From sequence record NC_029316.1: a stretch of DNA of 64,000 nucleotides; one strand, given 5' to 3'. A model generated the notes under the pieces. That model saw only the letters and a list, made by a program, of their open reading frames with translations, ran no database searches and was not told the DNA's origin. Of this stretch, positions 58,501 to 64,000 are shown piece after piece; position 1 is the stretch's first letter; each line of letters starts with the position of its first letter. Position numbers and translations under genes: made by a program.

Positions 58501-61500
58501 ATAGCGAGATTCAAAAGCTCAATAATCAAGTAAATCTGCTGAATAATTTGCAGAATAGAATGGATAATTTGCAGAATTTAATGAACCAAATAAATACGCA
58601 ATATACTACTCCGCAGTCTGCAGAGTCACTTACTTCTAATTTAATGAATCTGTCGCAGAAAGCTATGAATTGTATAAACTGCATAAAAAACATTTATGCA
58701 CAGCTGGGACAGAGCGTCCCTAATTGCCTTTGTGATATGTACAATAAACTTAACAGTATATATACAAACGCAAAGAATGAGTACGAATCCCTGACATATC
58801 AGAACACAAATTCGTCGAACATATTAGTAGACCTTGTAAACGCAATAAGCGATACAGCAGAGAATGTATATGCGAATCTAGCGAGTGTTGTAGGTACTGC
58901 GTTTAATGATGCAATGAACGACCTCAGCAATTTCATCACCTCCCATATACCTGGCTTACTTGGTCAGATAATAGCTGGAGTAGTAATAGGGGCGTTATTC
59001 GTAGTTGCACAACTAGTCCCAGGTCTTGATGTAGCTGTAGACGTTGCAGGTGTTTTGTCAATAATCGCTAGTATACAAGACCTATATCTACAAGGAGTAA
59101 GCAACCCTATCCAGATAGCAAGTGACCTTGCTCATGCATTCCTATCCCCAGAATCTATAGCTATGGTAATAACTGGTATACTAGGTGGAATAGGAATAAG
59201 TAGAGTATTAGCTAGCAGAGTATCACCGCTTACAACAAAATTATCAACAGATATTAAGGACGTAGGTGACGACGCAGTAACTGACATAGGGACTAAGGTT
59301 GATACGCTTATAAAATCCGTTGAAGATTCGGTAAAAGACGATATAAAGAATAACACCGTAGTTGAAGATATCAAGACCACATTTGATGACATTAAAGCTA
59401 AGTTCGATAATCTCACTACCGACCTCACAAAGACTGACTTTGCGAAAGATGTAACAACAAAGTTCGACGAATTTGATGCTAAATTCAAATCTGTAATAGA
59501 TAAAATCTCCACAAAGCTAACAGAGCCAAAGGAAGTAAAGCTAAGCACAGATGATTTACAAATAAGCCCAACAGAACTAAAGATATTGCAGTTAGAGAAG
59601 GAAATTTTATCGAATAAGGAGATAATTTCCGTAAAATCCCTCGATGTAAGCGAGATAAAGGACTTCCTAACATACGAAACTGGAGAAAGGGAGGCTACAC
59701 TTATAGGTAAAATAAATGAGTCTATTGGAGAAGGAGAAGTATCTTCTAAGCTTATTATAAACAAGGAAGGAGAAATTGGCGTAACAACACCAGAATCCCA
59801 AGCGTTGGTCAAACCTCCTACTGAAACCTCTCCAGGAGAAATAATAACGAGGCAAGCAAACCTCATAAGAGAAACTCAGGGTGCTAAAGTCGTAACTGCA
59901 AATATTGAGAACGGCAAGGTAATTTACAGCGAGGTAGTACAGGGAATAGGCGATATGATACCAGTCCTCAAGGACGATATTGCTAAAATTGTTACGGACA
60001 AATACACAACATTACAGAATCTGTATGCAGAAAAAGGAGTAGAACTACCAGACAGCGTTTCTAGGATAATATTATCTAAATTACAGAACTTACAGAGCGA
60101 AATAAACTCACTTATATATACATCAACAGACGACCTTAACGGAGTATTAGGTACGTTAAAAGACATTGCAGGCAAACTAGAAGGAACAAAGTTTGAAGAT
60201 TTAATGTTGCAGAAATTAGAAGCGATAGAAGGGAACTTTGGGCATGAACAATTATTCGCTAACTTGATTACCACTATAGAAGATGTTAAAGATTTAATTA
60301 ATATTGCGATTAAATCGGATCCGAAACTGGCAGATTCTCTTAGCGGTGATCTAGACGACTTGGATTCATATTTATCATCTCTTGAAGACCTAAGCAAAAA
60401 CTTGAACGACGTATATGATCGTCTGGGCGACCTTACAAATGCGATCAAAAAGCTCAGCCTTAATACGGACTTACTATCTGTTATGAAAAAACTTGACATT
60501 AACGATTTAAGCAACTTGGTAAGTGACTATCTTGACGGCAAGGTTACAATAGATGATTTAATAAGCAAAGTATACGATGAAGCTTTCAATAAGCTTAAGA
60601 TCGTTGGAGACAGCCTACCACCCGATTTAGGCAAAGCGTTTATGAAAGTTGTTGATGATATTAAGAACACACCAAACAAGTTGGACGCACTACACGATAT
60701 TGACGATCTCGTCACTAAATTTGAAAAGTTCAAGGACACTGTAACAGATATGGAAAATGTAGATCCCGAACTCTTCAGGAAGTACCTGCAAGGAAATATA
60801 AGCCTATTTCAGTTGTTAAATGATGTAAAGATATACGGAGATGACTTAACAACCCTGAGGCAATTGATAAAGCTAGAAGGAAAAGATGCAGAGATGTTAG
60901 ATAATCTATATATTAAGCTAATAGAGAAAATGGAGAATGACGGCGAAGTTCCTCTAAAATCCAGAGTAGAAAGCCTAGGTAATGATAAAGCGTTACAAAA
61001 ATTCTTAGTTGAAGCGATTAAGAGCGGTAATAGTGAAGTTGTTAATCTACTTGAGAAATATTTAACTGGAGACCTTACAAAGAACGACCTAGTAGACAAT
61101 TTAGGTATAAATGTTAAGGAAGGAGAGCTGTCTGCACAGCTCAAGCTACCAACACAGAACAGTATCAAAGTTTATGAGAGTCTAGAAGAGGAAGTAGGGA
61201 AAATCATGGAGAAGTATTTAGACGCACTGGAGATTTTAGACGAGAAAGACCCTAACTCCATATATCAGATATTCAATGACGCTGTAGACAGACTTGCACA
61301 GGACAACAATTTTGACGTAGAGGATTTCATAAAAGACCAAATAATGACGAGGCTGAGGAGCTACCTTGAGGACTTTGAGGACGACTTTAGGGCTCTTCAC
61401 CTCAATAAACTAGAAGATTTCCTGAAGGGTGTAAACGTTTCCCTAGAAGATATTATAAAGGACATAAAGACTTTAACAGACTTTAAGGAGGTATTTAAGG

Positions 61501-62333
61501 ACATAGATGAAGGAAAAATAGAAGACGCAATAGATAAATTAAAAGGGATGACGTATAACGACGTAGCTAAGGATCTATTAGAATTCTTAACTAAGGCGTT
61601 AGACGAAATAAAAGCAGAAAAAATAACTCAGATAGCGTCTAATTTAGGCGTAGACGTAAAGAGCATAGAATCTTACGTCAACAGCACTGATGTTGCAACT
61701 CTAACTAACGTACTCAGCGAAATCTCAGTAAAGAATATACCAATCAACCTGGAGGATATAAATATAAGCACAAAGTTAGACCTCTTATTCTTCATCAGGC
61801 AAGTGCTCATCAAATTAAACAAGCTTGAAATTGAAGACAGTGCAGTACTCACACAAATAGCAACGATACTGCAGAAGTACGGGATTTTGACGGAGAACGC
61901 AACTAACTTAACAGTAGGTCAGTTACTTTCGTATATCAACGACTATATTTACGATACGGATATTTCAGTCCTCGTTAACGATCAATTCGGCAATATAATT
62001 AACGATGTTAACAGGATACCTATAAAGCTTAGGAGAAAGTTCAAACTGCAGATCTATCCAATTAACGTTAATAGTAGTGTAAGCTCTACCACACCACCAT
62101 CATCAGTATCTGAAACAATACCACAAGTCAATACTCAGACAACATTACAGAATCTGCAAACCACCACAACAATAACCCCACCAACTCCGACACCCCCACC
62201 ACCTTCACCTCCACCTAACAATAACAACAATAATAACAACAATAATGAAAACACACCTGTGATTATAAATGCACAAAACAATACATCCACTCCAGTGAGC
62301 GGAAAACAACAGAAACAGATACTAATAATTTAA
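55593..62333 (+). CDS. Giant helical/coiled-coil virion-associated protein (ATV/STSV large-ORF type)
   Basis: 2246 aa; N-terminal repeats of about 106 aa, central hydrophobic segment, acidic coiled-coil half, Pro/Asn-rich tail. Confidence 0.85.
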   Translation: MSEAVANTVLNNINVVDGLLNDYQPIPNPPSLPPSIPQGEVDRILAQYYGSLYKYYYQYEPVASSDIKLLKKVVSILKNTIKLAENLKNDNLVQTLNQYLSNYENALSGLRSFAKVNPSVFELLSTAYSNLAQIQNFPQLPQSPSNPSLSTLVQYYAELASYYQQVKEIAKEDIQKINNAIMNFQQAGANISKLTSVLSQYKEIYKEAPEFSQFYSALAEVYNFLTQYANIPKPPKPPEIEKSQAIPLHNNPCFEELAQYYAELSSWFSENEKNIKNNISVLSNAISTLKSAISIGQSLGVDVSSLQQSLECYCNSLKQLESLNNPNYAQFYSALSNAYSCLAKFINLPDLPTQPENPTAEQVSEYYAELSSWFSENEKNIKNNISALSNAIPELNSAISIGQSLGVDVSSLQQSLECYCKIEKSLEKLTSKDYAKIYGKLSKAYEAIAQAEDCMQSGNYQSAYDILTSALQSLFEIETGNIGKHVGRAEMETAQTNPSSYTPPPTPPSVNECCECAIKLMWNMAGASYHIAVANNIMQGLNVGQIKSLAEASSYFTSLKEALANVIPQLSTANQYLQALNSQPIDIGDYNNAYQIASILADGFTTLNNVVTELNNTVSKSDPNEAIKTIEQLKEQVAKYTNVTYEASGTVSQQVAQAVPSLTQTAQCVCTTLTALQEIEQLEAEAQDMLNNLPQPPSNSTYANTANYYQSTSTIFTRVSSLYSQASAIASQVQSLSSASEQLSQYAQYYSVVGKAYSYLAQAYDELCNTNNTQSFEGLASIYKTANDLVSKAIDCLCNNKINNEQIEQCVQKLAHCLSDFNHHLYYLYEFYSYMHSHHSELNYIINTLNGYMQNVPFSQSEGYNLVKSGNPRQQIINKYLEPVQSKLNSLVSGMNGDIQQIFMQNYGNKLNCLITALSYYLTAVAYLDSAQCSHSSIPTVVSYLQNAESCFKNAVPYFKNIGGDVSQLYSEIQKLNNQVNLLNNLQNRMDNLQNLMNQINTQYTTPQSAESLTSNLMNLSQKAMNCINCIKNIYAQLGQSVPNCLCDMYNKLNSIYTNAKNEYESLTYQNTNSSNILVDLVNAISDTAENVYANLASVVGTAFNDAMNDLSNFITSHIPGLLGQIIAGVVIGALFVVAQLVPGLDVAVDVAGVLSIIASIQDLYLQGVSNPIQIASDLAHAFLSPESIAMVITGILGGIGISRVLASRVSPLTTKLSTDIKDVGDDAVTDIGTKVDTLIKSVEDSVKDDIKNNTVVEDIKTTFDDIKAKFDNLTTDLTKTDFAKDVTTKFDEFDAKFKSVIDKISTKLTEPKEVKLSTDDLQISPTELKILQLEKEILSNKEIISVKSLDVSEIKDFLTYETGEREATLIGKINESIGEGEVSSKLIINKEGEIGVTTPESQALVKPPTETSPGEIITRQANLIRETQGAKVVTANIENGKVIYSEVVQGIGDMIPVLKDDIAKIVTDKYTTLQNLYAEKGVELPDSVSRIILSKLQNLQSEINSLIYTSTDDLNGVLGTLKDIAGKLEGTKFEDLMLQKLEAIEGNFGHEQLFANLITTIEDVKDLINIAIKSDPKLADSLSGDLDDLDSYLSSLEDLSKNLNDVYDRLGDLTNAIKKLSLNTDLLSVMKKLDINDLSNLVSDYLDGKVTIDDLISKVYDEAFNKLKIVGDSLPPDLGKAFMKVVDDIKNTPNKLDALHDIDDLVTKFEKFKDTVTDMENVDPELFRKYLQGNISLFQLLNDVKIYGDDLTTLRQLIKLEGKDAEMLDNLYIKLIEKMENDGEVPLKSRVESLGNDKALQKFLVEAIKSGNSEVVNLLEKYLTGDLTKNDLVDNLGINVKEGELSAQLKLPTQNSIKVYESLEEEVGKIMEKYLDALEILDEKDPNSIYQIFNDAVDRLAQDNNFDVEDFIKDQIMTRLRSYLEDFEDDFRALHLNKLEDFLKGVNVSLEDIIKDIKTLTDFKEVFKDIDEGKIEDAIDKLKGMTYNDVAKDLLEFLTKALDEIKAEKITQIASNLGVDVKSIESYVNSTDVATLTNVLSEISVKNIPINLEDINISTKLDLLFFIRQVLIKLNKLEIEDSAVLTQIATILQKYGILTENATNLTVGQLLSYINDYIYDTDISVLVNDQFGNIINDVNRIPIKLRRKFKLQIYPINVNSSVSSTTPPSSVSETIPQVNTQTTLQNLQTTTTITPPTPTPPPPSPPPNNNNNNNNNNENTPVIINAQNNTSTPVSGKQQKQILII

Positions 62334-62358
62334 ATACTCTTTTTCCGTTCTTCTAATT

Positions 62359-63144
62359 ATGAATGAAAAAATAACTGTAATTTTAACCCTCAGAATGCAA
62401 AAAGTCCCTACACCCGAAGAGCTCAACCGCTCTTTTTACAAACTCTTCCACATCAAGACATCTTTCAAAGAGAAACCGTTACCTTCTACTGAGGAAGTTA
62501 AGAAAGCGTTCTACACTTTCATCAACTCCGATCTTGCAGACTACATGAAAAAGTATGGAATTAATAATGATGTAATTACCTTTTATACACATACAGAACG
62601 TTATATAAAATGGTTTAATGAACTTTTTAATAGCAAGAACTTCACGATAGAAGTAAAAGGAAGCATAATTATTCTAAAGTATGTTTTAGATAACGAAAAC
62701 GAAATAAATGTGCTACTGCTACTGCACCACATTATAGACCCAGGTTACGAGGGGACAATTTTTACAGATTTTGGCAACATTCGTTTCATTGCTAGTGTTA
62801 TAGCGGAAGCGATAAGGAAGTATATATCGCGTGATATCTCTGTTTCCAATAATTTCTTAGTTAAGATTAAGGAAGGAGACTTACCAGACGAGGCGAAAGA
62901 ATTAGTGGAGCAGATACCAAAAGAAGGAGGTTTTGCGGTTGCTCGTGAAGGAAAAGAACTCAGACAAATACCAGGCATACCTTTCTACAGGCTAACTATA
63001 AGAGGAAATCATGTAACATGTTATGTATTTGGGTTTGAGCGTGGCTTCGCATGGTACGGTAATCCTGCAGAGGAGAAGATACGTGAAATTAAAGAGAAAC
63101 TTAGGCAAATCATGCGTGAAAGAGGATATATTAAGTATGTCTAA
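62359..63144 (+). CDS. Hypothetical protein
   Basis: 261-aa ORF. Confidence 0.7.
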   Translation: MNEKITVILTLRMQKVPTPEELNRSFYKLFHIKTSFKEKPLPSTEEVKKAFYTFINSDLADYMKKYGINNDVITFYTHTERYIKWFNELFNSKNFTIEVKGSIIILKYVLDNENEINVLLLLHHIIDPGYEGTIFTDFGNIRFIASVIAEAIRKYISRDISVSNNFLVKIKEGDLPDEAKELVEQIPKEGGFAVAREGKELRQIPGIPFYRLTIRGNHVTCYVFGFERGFAWYGNPAEEKIREIKEKLRQIMRERGYIKYV

Positions 63145-63260
63145 ACAAACTACAAACACCACTTCAGGAAGTCGATAATTTTTCTAATCACAGCTATGAT
63201 TGCTTAATAGTCCAAGAGTTATTGAGCTTAGAATGTGGTTACAGAAGCTAGGGGGTTAAG

Positions 63261-63311
63261 TGGTGGAAAGCCTCACCAGGGAATGGATAGCCACCTTATA
63301 GAAACCTTTTT
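63261..63311 (+). mobile_element. IS605-type left-end remnant
   Basis: TTAAG|TGGTGGAAAGCCTCACCAGGGAATGGATAGCCACCTTATAGAAACCTTTT; tail shared with 10480-10507. Confidence 0.6.
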
Positions 63312-63355
63312 AAACACGAAATTTATTTTTTAACTGAAACAAGGTTGGAACAAAA

Positions 63356-64000
63356 ATGGAAATAACATATTTCCTTTGCAAATTTTTAGAAGAAAATAAG
63401 GTTTTTGAAGGAAGGTTTAGGGCATGTAGAGGGTACATATATGTCGGAAATAACGTAAAAATTGGGGAAGAATATGCGGGGTATAAAGAGGGGTATATAT
63501 GTAGCGAAGAAATAATATGGAAAAAAGACGGTACGTTAGAATGGAGACGTCGTAAGTTAAGAAAAAGGACATTAGAAATAGTTGAAGAGATCAGACCTTT
63601 ATGGGGGTTAAAGATAGATGACATATACCTAAAGGATATTGATGAAGATATACATATAAAGGTCAACAGATTTCAGTATAAAACGTTCTGGAAATCGAAG
63701 TTCATCATAGCCGAAGCTGAGGATAACAAATATATAATCGTAGATAATCCTTATCTAGATAGTATAAAAAAGGAAAAATATATTGAAATTGATATCAAAA
63801 AGGGAACATATCCAGTAGTCAAGGTGTATAATAAGGAGTATATGTCTGAATATTTAGGGGTGATTGGGAAAATTATATTACATGAATATCATGGTTATAA
63901 TCCGGCATATGAGGACTATCTTGCCACTTTATTTGTTCATTATGTAGGGTATTTATTTAGTTTAAAAGAGAAAAGTGGTAAAGATATCGCAAGATTATAA
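63356..64000 (+). CDS. Hypothetical protein
   Basis: 214-aa ORF ending in TAA at the window end. Confidence 0.7.
   Translation: MEITYFLCKFLEENKVFEGRFRACRGYIYVGNNVKIGEEYAGYKEGYICSEEIIWKKDGTLEWRRRKLRKRTLEIVEEIRPLWGLKIDDIYLKDIDEDIHIKVNRFQYKTFWKSKFIIAEAEDNKYIIVDNPYLDSIKKEKYIEIDIKKGTYPVVKVYNKEYMSEYLGVIGKIILHEYHGYNPAYEDYLATLFVHYVGYLFSLKEKSGKDIARL

Noticed and set aside
59132-61168. Several minus-strand ORFs (244, 196, 119 aa)
   Set aside because: Antisense shadows of the giant ORF
62216-62246. AAC/AAT microsatellite
   Set aside because: Simply encodes a poly-Asn tract in the giant protein tail

Overview
About 64 kb of an AT-rich archaeal (Sulfolobales) large tailed spindle virus genome, related to the Bicaudaviridae. 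The 135-aa coat protein [14 protein letters not shown]..., a 2246-aa giant protein, a MoxR ATPase/VWA pair and a Ser/Thr-rich ESCRT-III-like protein match what I recall of Acidianus tailed spindle virus (ATSV, about 71 kb). That identity is from memory and needs BLAST. Main observation: an IS110/Nop-fold gene lacking the RuvC domain (1386-2417) is followed 1 nt after its stop by a 24-unit, 38-nt dual-repeat array with two 9-nt variable spacers per unit (2419-3346). This is the architecture of a TIGR-Tas RNA-guided system, here a nuclease-less TasA-like protein with two Zn-ribbon insertions. Other notable features: a candidate virus-borne mini-CRISPR array (4881-5117); an orphan IS200/IS605 right-end (omegaRNA-like) element and many IS605 end remnants; an IS607 element whose TnpB has a RuvC-III D>Q change; a bacterial-type class II CCA-adding/HD enzyme next to a PNK-like HAD phosphatase (candidate tRNA repair); a captured Sul7d chromatin gene; ThyX; glycosyltransferases; a tyrosine integrase; a ParB-like gene; and 14 copies of an intergenic palindrome (ACACA-NN-TGTG core). 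All assignments are from reading motifs by eye; no database searches were run.
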